Assembly (NCBI RefSeq): GCF_006345805.1
Contig: NC_043005.1
Span: 85,808,001-85,872,000 of the forward strand
Length of the DNA: 64,000 nt
From: Octopus sinensis
Taxonomy: Eukaryota
Direction of reading: 5' to 3'
Part shown: piece by piece, positions 1-12,973 of the stretch
Layout: each line of letters opens with the position of its first letter
Position numbering within the stretch: the stretch's first letter is position 1
Notes under the pieces: model-generated
The model's database searches: none
Told to the model about the DNA's origin: nothing
Seen by the model: only the letters and a program-made list of their open reading frames with translations
Translations under genes and position numbers: made by a program

Positions 1-57
<57 letters not shown>

Positions 58-182
58 TCTCAGAGTTCTTAGACTACACATTCTGCAACCTCTTCAATGA
101 CATTCTGTTCCTTAAAGAAACTACTACTACTACTACTACCGCTGCTACTGCTGCTACTACTACAACTACTACTACTACTATC

Positions 183-240
<58 letters not shown>

Positions 241-331
241 ATAATAATAATAATAATAATAATAATGATAATAATAATAATAGTAGTAGTAGTGGTAGTA
301 GTAGTAGTAGTAATAATAATAATAATAATAA
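1..331. repeat. Compound trinucleotide microsatellites (ATT)n, (CTA)n, (AAT)n, (GTA)n
   Basis: Directly visible triplet runs; they account for the poly-I/T/S/L ORFs at 69-582. Confidence 0.95.
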
Positions 332-3300
332 TAAACAACACATACATATAAAATATGGAAGGAAAATAATAGAGATATAGCCTTGGATACAGCAATGAAC
401 CCTAATAAATTAGCTAACGTACGAAGATACATTCTCAAAGCCAAAACAATATCAGAAATAGAAATAGAACATTTAAAAGAAAAAATACACCACGAAAATG
501 TAGATAGAAGCCACACAACAATACCCAATAATATAAACACTGAAACTGTAAAACACGAAGACAAACGCAACATTCCCAACAAACATACCTCCCAAGAATA
601 AAAATAAACGCAATAACAACACCAATTATAAACAACATAAACCTAGCCGTCACTGAACTAGCCACTGAAAAAAAAAAAAGTGATATCACTGAACTAAATG
701 ACTTGATATACGCAGCAGCCACTGCAGCCACAAAAGAAGCTGGATACTCACCCAAACCCGCCCAAACAGGAGTACCACCACCCAAACAAACCCTGTGGAT
801 AAATAACATCCAAAACAAAATTAAAAAATTAGAAAAGACCTGTCGATTCTTAATGAAATCAGCAAACAAGCAACGCTACTAAGCAACAAAAAGAGAACAA
901 AAATGCTCCGCAAATATAACATCACAGAAAAAGATTTGCCGGAGATAAAAGAAAAGCTGAAGCAAGATATCCTTGCCAAAGCTCAAAGGATCCGCCGGTA
1001 CGAGAAACGCCAACGCTTCTTTGAACAGAACAAACTCCGACCCCAAAAAGTTCTACCAAGAACTGGGCAAAAATAAAATAGAAGTCACTGCAGCACCAAC
1101 GGCAGAAGAATTGGAAGAAATCTGGAGAGAAATATGGTCGGCGAACGAACTGCCAAAAAAAAGGAGTATCAAAATAACAAACTCGGCATCTGAACAACTT
1201 TGGACCCCCATAACAACTGAAGAGGTCACCCAGGCACTGCAAAAACTAAGCAACTGGAAGGCACCTGGGCATGACAAGATCCCCAACTTCTGGTTGAAAT
1301 ATCTAACAGGAATGCACAAAAAGCTGGCTGAAAACTTTAACAGCATACTAGCAGAGCCAGAGACAATGCCTGAATGGCTCACGAAGGGGAAAACCATCTT
1401 AATTCCCAAATCAAATGAAACAACAAAACCAGAAAACTACAGACCAATAACCTGCCTCCCTACTATGTTCAAGGCATTTACTGCAGTGATATCGCAAAGG
1501 CTGAACAAACACCTGGACGAAAACAAACTGTTCCCAGAAGAGCAGAAAGGATGCCGCAAGGGCTCATATGGCTGTAAAGATCAACTAATGATTAATAAAG
1601 CCGTAATTGAAGACAGCCACAGAAAGAAGAAAGGCCTCAGTATGGCCTGGATTGACTATAAAAAGGCGTTTGATAGCATCCCCCACACATGGATCCTCGA
1701 AACACTAGTCATTAACAAAGTAGCACCAACAATCATAAAATTCATAGAGCACTCTATGAATAAATGGCAAACAGTCCTACACCTCCAAACAAAAGAGGGA
1801 CTCATGAAAACCAAAGACATCCCCATTAGAAGAGGAATATTCCAGGGAGACACGCTCTCTCCACTCCTTTTCTGCTTGGAACTGTTACCTCTATCTGATA
1901 TGCTAAATAGAACTGGATGCGGATATAAATGTTACGGCAAAACGATCAGCCACCTTTTATATATGGATGACCTAAAACTATACGCTGCAAATGACAAACA
2001 GCTGGAAACACTATTAAAGACAGTTCATGGATTTACCAAAGAAATAGATATGAAATTTGGATTAGAAAAATGCGCCAAAGTAACCATGAAAAGAGGAAAA
2101 CTAGTTAAGAGTAACAACAATAGGAAAACAAGAAAAATACTGACAGGATCTAGGATGCATCACCCAAAATCTGACATAGAAAGACTATATATACAACGTA
2201 TAGAAGGTGGTAGAGCCCTTATACAGCTGGAAAACTACTATAAAATAACCACCATAGGACTGCAAAAATACCTACTTCAGAAGGAAGGAAAACTGATCCA
2301 GATAGCAGCAAAACACGAGCAAAACAAAAAACTGTTCTCAGTATTTAAAGAAGCAGACAGATACAAACAAGAAATCATACCACCTAATAAACACAAAGAA
2401 GAAGAAGAAGATGATGAAGAAACAACAAAAGCTATAAAACAAATGAAATCCAAACTAAAAATAGAACAGCAACGAGCCATGATAAAACGATGGCAAGAAA
2501 AGCCCCTTCATGGTAAATACTGCACTAAACTAAACGCAAAAGAAATAGACAAAGAAAAATCCCAGCAATGGTTGAGAAGCTCAGGACTCAAAGCAGAAAC
2601 AGAGGGATTTTTAATTGCAGCACAAGACCAAAGCCACCCCACCAGAAATTACCAAAAACATGTAATGAACAGAAATATTACAAGTAACTGCAGAATATGT
2701 GGAGAGGGACAAGAAACAATAAATCATATTATCTCTAGCTGCCCATTCCTGGCTAAGAAGGAATATATTCACAGACATGACAGAGTTGGAACCTACATAC
2801 ATTGGAAGCTATGCCAACATTATGGAATAACAACAGAAAAAAGATGGTATAGGCACATACCAGAAAAAGTCACAGAAAACGAGAAAGCAACCATACTCTG
2901 GGATATGCCGATACACACAGATAGAGAAATTAAGGCCAACAGACCAGATATAGTTGTCAGAGATCATGAAGAAAAAAATGCTTTCTAATTAATGTATCAA
3001 TACCGGCAGATGACAACGTGTCTCTAAAAGAAATGGAGAAACTCTCAAAATACAAAGACCTGGAAATAGAGATAACTAGAATGTGGAACCTGAAAACAGA
3101 AACAATTCCTATCATAGTAGGTGCATTAGGCATGATAAAAAAATATTCAGACAAATACATAACAAAAACACCAGGACTTACAAACACATATAACATACAG
3201 AAAATTGCACTACTAGGCACTGCACACATCCTACGCAGAACACTTTCCATACAATAACCATCAGAGCATCACAACAAATCACAGCACATACCCAAGGCAC

Positions 3301-3351
3301 ACAGAGCTGCGCTCGGTAGTGAAGTGAAAGCACGCTATAAAAATAAAACTA

Positions 3352-3354
<3 letters not shown>
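332..3354 (+). mobile_element. R4/Dong-clade non-LTR retrotransposon (RT + restriction-like endonuclease), degenerate, probably 5'-truncated, flanked by (TAA)n on both sides
   Basis: ORF 973-2988 has RT motifs (APGHDKIPNFWLK, NYRPITCL, DYKKAFDSIPH, GIFQGDTLSPLLF, YMDD) followed by a CCHC-type knuckle (CRICGEGQETINHIISSC), RHD and RPDIV. The frame continues after a stop as 3018-3257 (EKLSKYKDL...IVGALG), typical of RLE. Frameshifts near 1035 and upstream. (AAT)n tail at 3355-3423. Confidence 0.92.
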
Positions 3355-3423
<69 letters not shown>

Positions 3424-3425
<2 letters not shown>

Positions 3426-4200
3426 CGCTGAGCTCAATATACACATTGGCAAGGCAGCTGCTGCGATGGCCCAACTCTCCAAACGGGCATGGGACAACAA
3501 TAAGCTGACCAAGACCACGAACATGAAGATCTACCAGGCATGTGTACTTAGCACTCTACTGTATGGAAGTGAGACTTGGACGCTACACACACTCCAAGAG
3601 CGTCGCCTAAACATCTTTCACCTGCGTTGCCTCCGGAAAATCCTCCGCATCAAATGGCAGAATCATATCCCCAACAAAGATGTCCTCAAGCAAGCAGGAA
3701 TACCAAGCATGTTTGCACTCCTCACACAAAGACGAATGAGATGGCTTGGGCATGTTAGCCGTATGAAAGATGGCAGAATCCCCAAGGGCATACTCTACGG
3801 AGAGCTTGCTAGCGGTACTAGGTATGTGGATAGACCGTTCTTACGTTACAAGGATGTTTGCAAAAGGGACATGAAGGCCTGCAACATCAATATTAGCAGT
3901 TGGGAAGCAATTGCCAGCAACCGTGGAGATTGGCGACGTACCGTGAAAGAGGGAATACAAAGGAGTGACTGAGAGAGAGAGGACAAATGGAAAGACAAGA
4001 AAAGACCTCAACAAGTAACTATGACACTACAACCAGCCAGGAACAGTCTTCGCTACATTTGCGGTACCTGCCAGAGGGAGTGTTTGTCCAGGATAGGACT
4101 ACACAGCCACAGCAGGAGATGTATTAGGACATGAAATGTAAAAGCCGGACTGGACTATTTTATGCGCAACTCCATTGTCTCCCGAGACAAAAAGGATGCC
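3424..4200 (+). mobile_element. RTE-clade LINE, 5'-truncated 3' fragment
   Basis: ORF 3466-3972 (IYQACVLSTLLYGSETW...RRMRWLGHVSRM..RIPK.ILYGEL) is the RTE RT C-terminus. It is followed by a C..C..SRIGLHSH..C finger-like motif, a 3' stem-loop (GTCTC CC GAGAC) and an (AAC/AAT)n tail. Confidence 0.9.
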
Positions 4201-4499
4201 AACAACAATAATAATAATAATAATAATAATAACAATAAAATAATAACAGCAAGGTAAAGTGAAGATGTAATAGTGTTTATTTGCAAAAGAAATGCCTATC
4301 TCAAAATACAGCAATGTCTTGTTTGGGCACACGATTTCTCAAACATACAAAATATTCAATTGACTGCTTAAGTAATTTGTTTTTCCTTGTCTTAGCATAA
4401 TATATATCCATAGTATTTCTGAGGGTATAAGTTTTACCGCCGTTATTTCCTCGTTTCTCTTCACGGATCCCAACAGCGTACTCTCAAATATAATGACTA

Positions 4500-5320
4500 A
4501 AATAAACTAGAAAACAAATATGGATTACTCGTTAAAGCCTATAATGAAAACACGTAGATCAGTGACAATGCAAACAATGAGACATTTATTAATTCTTCAT
4601 AATTTCTGGCAAATTCCAATGGGTATATGTAATCACTGTTGTTTGTCCGTCATCGGAGAGCGCCTCTCCTCTTTAGACGATGTGTGTAATTATTACATGT
4701 GATTTGAGGAGGAATTTGTAGCATCACTGTCTTTCAGCCTTTCAATATATGTCTCCTCAGTCAAAGTTGCGTGACCGGACTATGAATCTGGGAAGAACAT
4801 GAGTTATTTTAGATAGGAATCAGCGAACGCACTATTTTCTAATGAGACCTGGTGTGCTGATACTTATCAAAACAGATGATATTTCATGTGGTACCCAGGG
4901 AAGAAGGGGAAATCCAAAAAGCAATGTACTTATTCATTTTTAACACATTCTAGAAGATTCGAACGCGAAAACCTGATCATAGTTTTTGTCCGTCCTCACT
5001 TTAAACAATGTCTGTGTTATTAACACCCGTATTTCACCGACTTAAGGGGGAATTTGTGACATCACGGTGTTTCGTCTTTATTGTGTGTCTCTGCAGTCAA
5101 AGTTACTCCAGCGGACCGTCGGTTCTGCCAAGTGAATCAGGTCTTGTTTATAAGGTTCAACAATTTATTTCCTAATGGGTGTTGATGTCTGCCAAAAACA
5201 GATAATAATTCATGGAGTGCACACGCAACTGGGAAAATCCAAACAATAACGTAACAATTAAGTTTTTAATACATTCTGATAGATTCGAACGTAAATACCT
5301 GATCGCTGTTTGTTCGTCAA
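4500..5320. repeat. Diverged tandem triplication, period about 325-345 bp
   Basis: Homologous anchors GTTTGTCCGTC (4641-4651), TTTTTGTCCGTC (4983-4994) and GTTTGTTCGTC (5308-5318), with shared upstream blocks such as AAAACAGAT..T..TTCATG and GATTCGAACG...CCTGATC. Confidence 0.6.
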
Positions 5321-5840
5321 CGTAAGTTTGTCTCAAAAATCAATGTAATATATTTCAAGTAACAGATATCGAACTCCTAACTTATGTGACTTGGAACATT
5401 CATGATTTTTATATTCAATGCTTTATCCTCTTGAGAATGCCGTCTCTATTTACTAATTTTAGCGTAAAATTTCATTTAATCACCTCTGATTGAATTAGAA
5501 TGGCTGTTTTTATTGTTGCTGCTTGAGATAAAGTCGTTTTTTTTATTGTGCTTTTGCTAGCTGTTGATATTGCCCTTATTTTTTTGAAGTAGATATTATT
5601 TGATTTTTCTTTTATCAATATATATTTCTGTAACTGGTTGTTTCTTTATTTCTATCGGTGTGTCTGCCGTTTTTGTGTCTCTAAAAACCACGCATTATTT
5701 GTTGAAAGTAAGAGACTCACCAGATTAGTAAAGGCAGGATTAGTATGGAAAAATAAAATAATTCTGAATTGTTCAACGAATGAATTGTAGAGACTTTATG
5801 GCATTGAATTATAGAACAAGTGTTTTAACTAAGTGCACAT

Positions 5841-5842
<2 letters not shown>

Positions 5843-5886
<44 letters not shown>

Positions 5887-6196
5887 ATATGTATATACTT
5901 ATATATGCACACGTGCTGTCACGCACATAAAGTAACACAAGTATATATAGGTATATGTATATAAGATGTATATATGTATATATATATATGCATATACATA
6001 TATATATGCATCTATATACATCTGTGTGTATATATACATATAAGTGCATATATATATGCATACACCCAGATATACATACACACACACACTCATATATACA
6101 TACTTATATATGCACACGTTCTGTCACGAACATAAAGTCACACAAGTATGTATATGTATATGTATATAAGATGTATATATGTATATACATATGTAT

Positions 6197-6265
<69 letters not shown>

Positions 6266-6277
6266 TAATATATTTGT

Positions 6278-6316
<39 letters not shown>

Positions 6317-6350
6317 CACAGATATACATATACACACACACAAACACACC
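5843..6350. repeat. (CA)n/(TA)n low-complexity tract with an internal ~200-bp local duplication
   Basis: CTGTCACG.ACATAAAGT.ACACAAGTAT occurs near 5916 and 6121. Confidence 0.85.
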
Positions 6351-7339
6351 CATATGCATAAGATATATGACTGCGCACACAAATGCAAGAATACTTGTAG
6401 ATGAAGTTGTGAAGTTGTACAAATAATCGATTGGCAAGCTCTGTTTATTTACTAATCTGTGGAGATAACTGTAGTTAATTCAATAAAAGAGAGAACGAGA
6501 CATAAGAACATTTCAAATTACAGTTGTATACAGCTGCTTTCTTTCCTTTTCAGCTAAGCAAATCGTTATGCAGTATGGAATTTCGTTAGATTAAGGATAA
6601 TGAAATTGTTAAGAGGGCCAGATTGGGGAAGAAAAGCAGACGGTAATTTTCTTTGTTATGTACACTAAAACTCTCTGATAATAATATATTGGTACAATTT
6701 TATTTGGATTTAAAAACGGTTTTCTTTCCTGCTTTTAGCTTTGACAAAACACGAACAATTTTGCATTTTCATTTTTATTTATTTATTTTTTTTTTGTAGA
6801 TTTAACATCATTTCCTCGCCAGCTTTGCACGTAACAATTTCATCTCTGCTGGTAAATAGAGCCCAATCAACTGTGCTTACTAAATCGTTAGCATTTGTTC
6901 CTCTTTTAGACGAAGCCGTATTAAAACCTATGTTTTTTTTTTCTTGTCTTAAATTTTTCCCCTTTCAAACCAATTCTCTTTTATCAATCTGACATATTTA
7001 CTCAGTTTTTCATTCTTTGGTCATGCAATACTACAAAATAAAACGTAGGTTTCTTGTAAGAAGACAAACCAGTTTTGAATTTATGCATATAAAATATACG
7101 ACTTATCTCCTTTCCAATCTCTCTCTCTCTCACTTAATATACTTTTCCTTGTTATAACGTCTCCATCAATCCCGTGATAATTTCTCCATCGTCCCATGAC
7201 AATTCATCACAACAAACGGTAATCGATATTTTGTGTCTTCTTTTCTCTATTCTCCTCAATAACATGCTTGGCATTATCGAAACCCTTTCCTCTAATCATT
7301 TCACTGATGCTAATGATAGGATATCGAAGCTGATGATGT

Positions 7340-7482
7340 CGGTAATCATCATCGTTGACGTCATCGCCATCGTCATCATCGTCATCATCGTCATCATCGC
7401 TATCAATATCCTCATCGTCATCATCTTCATCATCTTTATCACCACCAGCACCACCACACCCACCACAATCACCACACCCACC

Positions 7483-7519
<37 letters not shown>

Positions 7520-7566
7520 ACATCATTCTCATCATCGACATCATCATCGTCATCATCACCATCATT

Positions 7567-7599
<33 letters not shown>

Positions 7600-7850
7600 G
7601 CATCATCAACATCATTCTCACTACCGTCGCCATCATCGTCATCATCATCAACCTCACCATCACTTTCATCATAATCCCCATCATCATCATTCTTGCCGTC
7701 ATCATCTTCATCATCCTTATCATCATCGCCGCCACCACCATCACCACCAACACCACAGCCACCATCAACACCACCACCGCCCGCCTACCATTATCATCAT
7801 CATCATCATCAACGACATCATCAACCGCATCATGGTCATCATCGTCGTCA
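7340..7850. repeat. Degenerate (CAT)n/(CAC)n microsatellite
   Basis: Visible triplet runs; explains the poly-I/M/S/H/D ORFs. Confidence 0.95.
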
Positions 7851-8429
7851 CCATCTTCAGCTTTAACCATTTTGTTAATTAGAAAGCACGAGATATATCT
7901 GCAGTTAGAAAAGAAGCTACCACACTGCATATCGCTGCTGCACTTTTAAAACTAAAATGAAAAAAAAAAATTTTAAAAACTAAAAGAAGAGAACGAAACA
8001 AAAATAGCGCTTTTCATGTAAATTCCGATTATTTGCCACATGAAAGAGAAATAGAAATTCTAGAAGCAGTTTCTTAGGAAGAAACATGAAATGCAGCGGC
8101 AGATGCGGCGACAACAAACAAAAATATCGCCATCGTCAACAACAGCGGTAACAGCATCATCAAGGACTGCAATTGCAAAACCTCTGGCAATTTTTCAACA
8201 GAAATGATCTTCTAGAATCTACGATGTAAGCCGCAGCAGATTAAAGAAGCCTGAATATGGCAAATGCAAATGGCGCATCAGCTGCCATATTACTGTTGGA
8301 AAAAAAATGTATAATTTGTAACAATTAAAACGAACTGAGATTGCAACGAAATAAAACAGTAACTATGGCAACAGAAATATATGAAACCTGTGCAACAGTA
8401 AAAATAGTTTAATATTTTGTCACAGAGCC

Positions 8430-9893
8430 AGTAAGTGCCGGGGAGGGGGTGAGTTGGTTATATGAATTCCAGTGTTCAGTGGGTATTTGTTTTATCGACA
8501 CTGAAAGGGGTGGAAGGCAAAGTCGACCTTGGCGGAAATTGAAACCGGAAGTATTTTCCGCTAAGCATTTTGCTCGGCGTGCTTGAAGATTTTGCCTGCT
8601 CACCGCCTTCATTGCAGTGGTAATATTGGTTTCAAATAAGGCGGCGAGTTGGCAGAAACGTTGGCACACCGGGCGAAATGCTTTGCAGTATTTCGTCTGC
8701 TATTACATTCTGAGTTCAAATTCCGCTGAGGTCGACTTTGCCTTCCATCCTTTCGGGGTCGATAAATTAAGTACCAGTTACGCACTGGGGTCGATGTAAT
8801 CGACTTAATCCCTTTGCCTGTCTTTGTATGTCCCCTCTGTGTTTAGCACCTTGTGGTCATTAAAGAAATAAGAAACGTTAGCACGCCGGGCGAAATGCTT
8901 AGCGGTATTTCGTCTGTCTATACGTTCTGAGTTCAAATTCCGCCGAAGTTGACTTTGTCTTTCATCCTTTCGGGGTCGATTAAATAAGTACCAGTTAGGC
9001 ACTGGAATCGATGTAATCGACTTAATCCCTTGTTTGTCCCCTCTATGTTTAGCCTCTTGTGGGCAATAAAGAAATATATAAAGAAATATATAATGGTTAC
9101 AAATCAGGTGGCAAGTTGGCAGAGAACGTTAGCACGCCAGGCGGAATACTTAGCGGCGTTCGTCTGACTTTATGTTCTGAGCTCAAATTCCGCCGAGGTC
9201 GAATTTGCTTTTCATCGTTTCGGGTTCGATTAATTAAGTACCAGTTGCGTACTGGGTCGATCTAATCGACTGGCCCACTGCCTCCAAACTTTAGGGCCTT
9301 TTGCTAAGAGTAAAAAAGAATACTGATTTCAAATAAGGCACTGGGTTGGGGTGAGCTGACCGAATCGCTCAAGTGGTTCGGCCAGCTCGCCACCATCACT
9401 ACCATCAACCCACCCCACCACCACCACCACCACAACAACAACAACAACAACAATAATAATAATAATAATAATAATGATAATCCTTTCTACTATAGGAACC
9501 AGGCCTGAAATTTGCGGGGAAGGGATTAGTTGATCTCATCGAACCAATGTGTAACTGGTACTTATTTCATCGACCCCGAAATGCTGAAGGCCGAAGTCGA
9601 CTTCGGGGGAATTTGAACTCAGAACGAAAACCTGTAGAAAATACCACTAAACATTTCGCTCGGCATGTTAACGCATATATGATTTTCTACTCTAGGCAAA
9701 GGCTCGAAATTTTAGTGGACGTGGCCAGTCGATCAGAACGAGTCAAATACGCAACTGGTATTTAATTTATCGACCCCGAAAGGATGAAAGGCAAAGTGGA
9801 CCTCGGCGGAATTTGAACTCAGAACGTAACGACAGACGAAATACTGTTAGGCATTTCGCCCGGCGTGCTAACGTTTCTGCCAGCTCGCTGCCT
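8430..9893. mobile_element. Cluster of six tRNA-derived SINE copies (here 'family B'): ~8430-8610 (-), 8638-8870 (+), 8871-9075 (+), 9105-9320 (+), 9480-9665 (-), 9685-9893 (-)
   Basis: Head GGCGAGCTGGCAGAA (A-box-like) and GAGTTCAAATTCC (B-box-like), then the shared body GCCGAGGTCGACTTTGCCTTTCATCCTTTCGGGGTCGATAAATTAAGTACCAGT. Confidence 0.9.
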
Positions 9894-10332
9894 TAATACA
9901 CACATACATTAGCTGTGTGAATATTGCGGTAAATATTACTAAATTATATCGAGCACAGTTATTTTCTGGCAAAACTAATTAAGATGTATAATTTAGAAAA
10001 AGACACACACACACACACACACGCGCACACACACGCGCGCGCCCACACACACGAATGCGCACGCATTTAGAGAGATAGCTAGACACCTCTGAGATGATAA
10101 CACACTTTGGTATGCCTTCAAACCTTATCTCGAAAGACAAAACATATATCTAAAATGCACCGAATCTTGACTTTATTTCCAAGGGTTAATCGTGTTTGCA
10201 CTATCAATATAGCAACGAATATATTATCTTTTTGTAAATTAATAGATTTCTCAAACAATTATTGAGTTTTCACAGTAATTAGCTTGGCATTGATAGTTGT
10301 TCTCAAAAACACTTTGAATATTTAGTCAAATA

Positions 10333-10515
10333 GGCGCAGGCGTGACTGTGTGGGAAGAATCTTCCTCCCAAAACGCATGGTTCCGTGTTCAGTTCCACTG
10401 CGTGGCACCTTGGGCAAGGGGCTTTTCTACTATAGCTTGGGGCCGACCAAATCCTTGTGTGTGGATACGGTGAATGAAAACTAAAAGATGACTGAAAACC
10501 AATAAACGAATAAAA
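10333..10515 (+). mobile_element. tRNA-derived SINE 'family A', 5' half
   Basis: GGCGCAGG.GTG.CTGTGTGG head, GTTCAGTTCC B-box-like motif, CORE-like CACCTTGGGCAAG. Confidence 0.85.
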
Positions 10516-10524
10516 GCATATATC

Positions 10525-10584
<60 letters not shown>

Positions 10585-10606
10585 GTGTGTGTGTGTGTGT
10601 GTGTAA

Positions 10607-10646
<40 letters not shown>

Positions 10647-10965
10647 TATATAGAGAGAGATTGATAGATAGGTAGTTAGATAGACAGATATACATATATA
10701 TTTACATACAGACACACACACACACACATATATATATATATGTGTGTGTGTGTGTGTCTATCTATATATTGGTTAGAAATTTGGGCCCCCGACTATTAAT
10801 TTCGTGGTGGTGGTGGTGGTATGGTGGGAGGTAAGGTGGTTACATCGAAATATCTCGAAACATTTCACCCGAGGTGTTACCGATTTTGCCAGCTCGCCGC
10901 CTTTTTGTGTATCTATATATTAATACATGATACTACTACTACTGCCACTACTACTACTACTACTG

Positions 10966-11006
<41 letters not shown>

Positions 11007-11025
11007 GCTACTACTACTGCTGCTG

Positions 11026-11068
<43 letters not shown>

Positions 11069-11094
11069 CGTCGCTGCTGCTACTACTTCTACTG

Positions 11095-11129
<35 letters not shown>

Positions 11130-11149
11130 TAATGATAATAATAATAATG

Positions 11150-11205
<56 letters not shown>
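10525..11205. repeat. (TA)n/(TG)n and (CTA)n/(AAT)n microsatellites, with a short SINE B head remnant at ~10860-10903 (-)
   Basis: Visible runs; TTTTGCCAGCTCGCCGCCTT remnant. Confidence 0.85.
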
Positions 11206-11653
11206 CAATAAACAAAAAATTCAGGCAAAATTCAGTAAGGATAATTTTTTGAGAACGTAAAAGAGGAAATGAAGTAAGAAGCGATAGAGCAGAAAATGAA
11301 ATAAATTTCATGCCAGCTGGACACATAAGGAGAAATGATTGGTTGTTAAGCAAAATGGAAGACCAATTAATTGTTATATATTGATATATAAGGATGGAAG
11401 GAGACAAAAAAACGAAGTATTTTAAGAGCAATATTTACTGTGTTCGATTTTTACGTTATTATCAACATACGAATATATTAGCAGCAGGGTGGACGAAACA
11501 TGTGAATGAGGTGTATCTAGGGTTCGTCAATGTATATATATACAGACAGTTACATATATAATCGCACATAGAGGGGAAGAGAGAGACATACACACATACG
11601 TATATATATACATATATACATATATATCATATACACATACACACGGACATACG

Positions 11654-11685
<32 letters not shown>

Positions 11686-12069
11686 CACGTATATATATAA
11701 ATATATAGTTGAAATATATACAAAAAGAAAAGACGCCGATATCGAACAGTGTTGAGCACCAATGCGAGAATAAAAAATATGTGAGTGTGTACGTGGTGGG
11801 TGTATGTCTATTACACAAACACATCTATACTTATATATTCAAACATTTCAATTTGTATATATATCTAGAGGAAACCCATTAAACTGTTAACTTTCCTGTA
11901 TGTATGTATATATATCTGTATCTTCATTGCTGTTTCTATACACAGCGCCCCTCTCACAGTCACGTACACGCTCACACAGACGCACTCACAATCCGATAAC
12001 CACTTCCATATCATATACTTATGTGTGACTACTTAAGAGAGAGGGATGTAGTGATGTTTGGTGGCTCAA

Positions 12070-12365
12070 AGATAGACGAAGGCTGAAAGATAGCCCGTCG
12101 TATATATATGTGTGATGTGTGTGTGTGTGTGTGTGTTTATGTATGTATTTGCGTCTGTGTCTGTTTCGCAACTACTGCTTGATAATCGGTTGATGGTGTG
12201 TTTTCGTCCTCGTAATCTAACAGTTCAGCAAAAGGGCCCGATGGAATAAGAACCTGTCTCAAAACAATTAAGTTCCTGGGTAGATTAGTTCGACTAAAAT
12301 TCTTCAAGGTAGTGCCCCAGTATGGTCGCGGTTTAATGACTGAAACATGTACCAGATAAAAGACA
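12070..12365 (+). mobile_element. SINE family A, diverged 3' part
   Basis: GCTGAAAGATAGCCCGTCGTATAT...(TG)n...CAGTATGGTCGCGGTTTAATGACTGAAACA matches the other family A copies. Confidence 0.75.
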
Positions 12366-12431
12366 GAGGTGATGCCAAGATTTTCTGGCAACCATTGCCT
12401 TACTCAAGGATGTGTAAGTGTAGATAGAGGG

Positions 12432-12893
12432 CACAGCAATCCCCCGATTATTGCAGGTGTTACGTTCTAAAACTCCTTGCAATAGGTGAGTATCTGTGAA
12501 TTAGAAATAGTACTGTATATTTTTTATATTAATTTTATAATTTATGTATATTTCGTTTTTGGATTTCGTTTGCAAGATTCTTTGTACGAGTTCGTGTGTT
12601 GAAGCATATTATGTTGTGTCTGGGGAGAGTCACTCTCTTTTAGTGCCTTATATTCAAAAGGTTGCAAGACGCAACGAAAATTTCAGAAAATGAAATAAGA
12701 TGTAGGAGTGACTGTGTGGTAAGTAGCATGCTTACGAAACATAATGATTCCGTGTTCAGTCCCACTGCGTGGCACCTTGGGCAAGTGTCTTCTACTATAG
12801 CCTCGGGCCAACTACAGCCTTGTGAGCCGATTTGGTTGACGGAATCTGTCGTATATATGTATATACATATATATATATATACATTTATATACA

Positions 12894-12973
<80 letters not shown>

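Noticed and set aside
6800-6851. Possible short plus-strand exon (T-rich tract + AG ... G|GTAAAT)
   Set aside because: Splice-like signals are common in AT-rich DNA; the peptide is unrecognisable and no partner exons were found.
8638-8720. SINE heads (families A-D) as tRNA genes
   Set aside because: A/B boxes are present but there is no complete cloverleaf, and each continues into a repeated SINE body.
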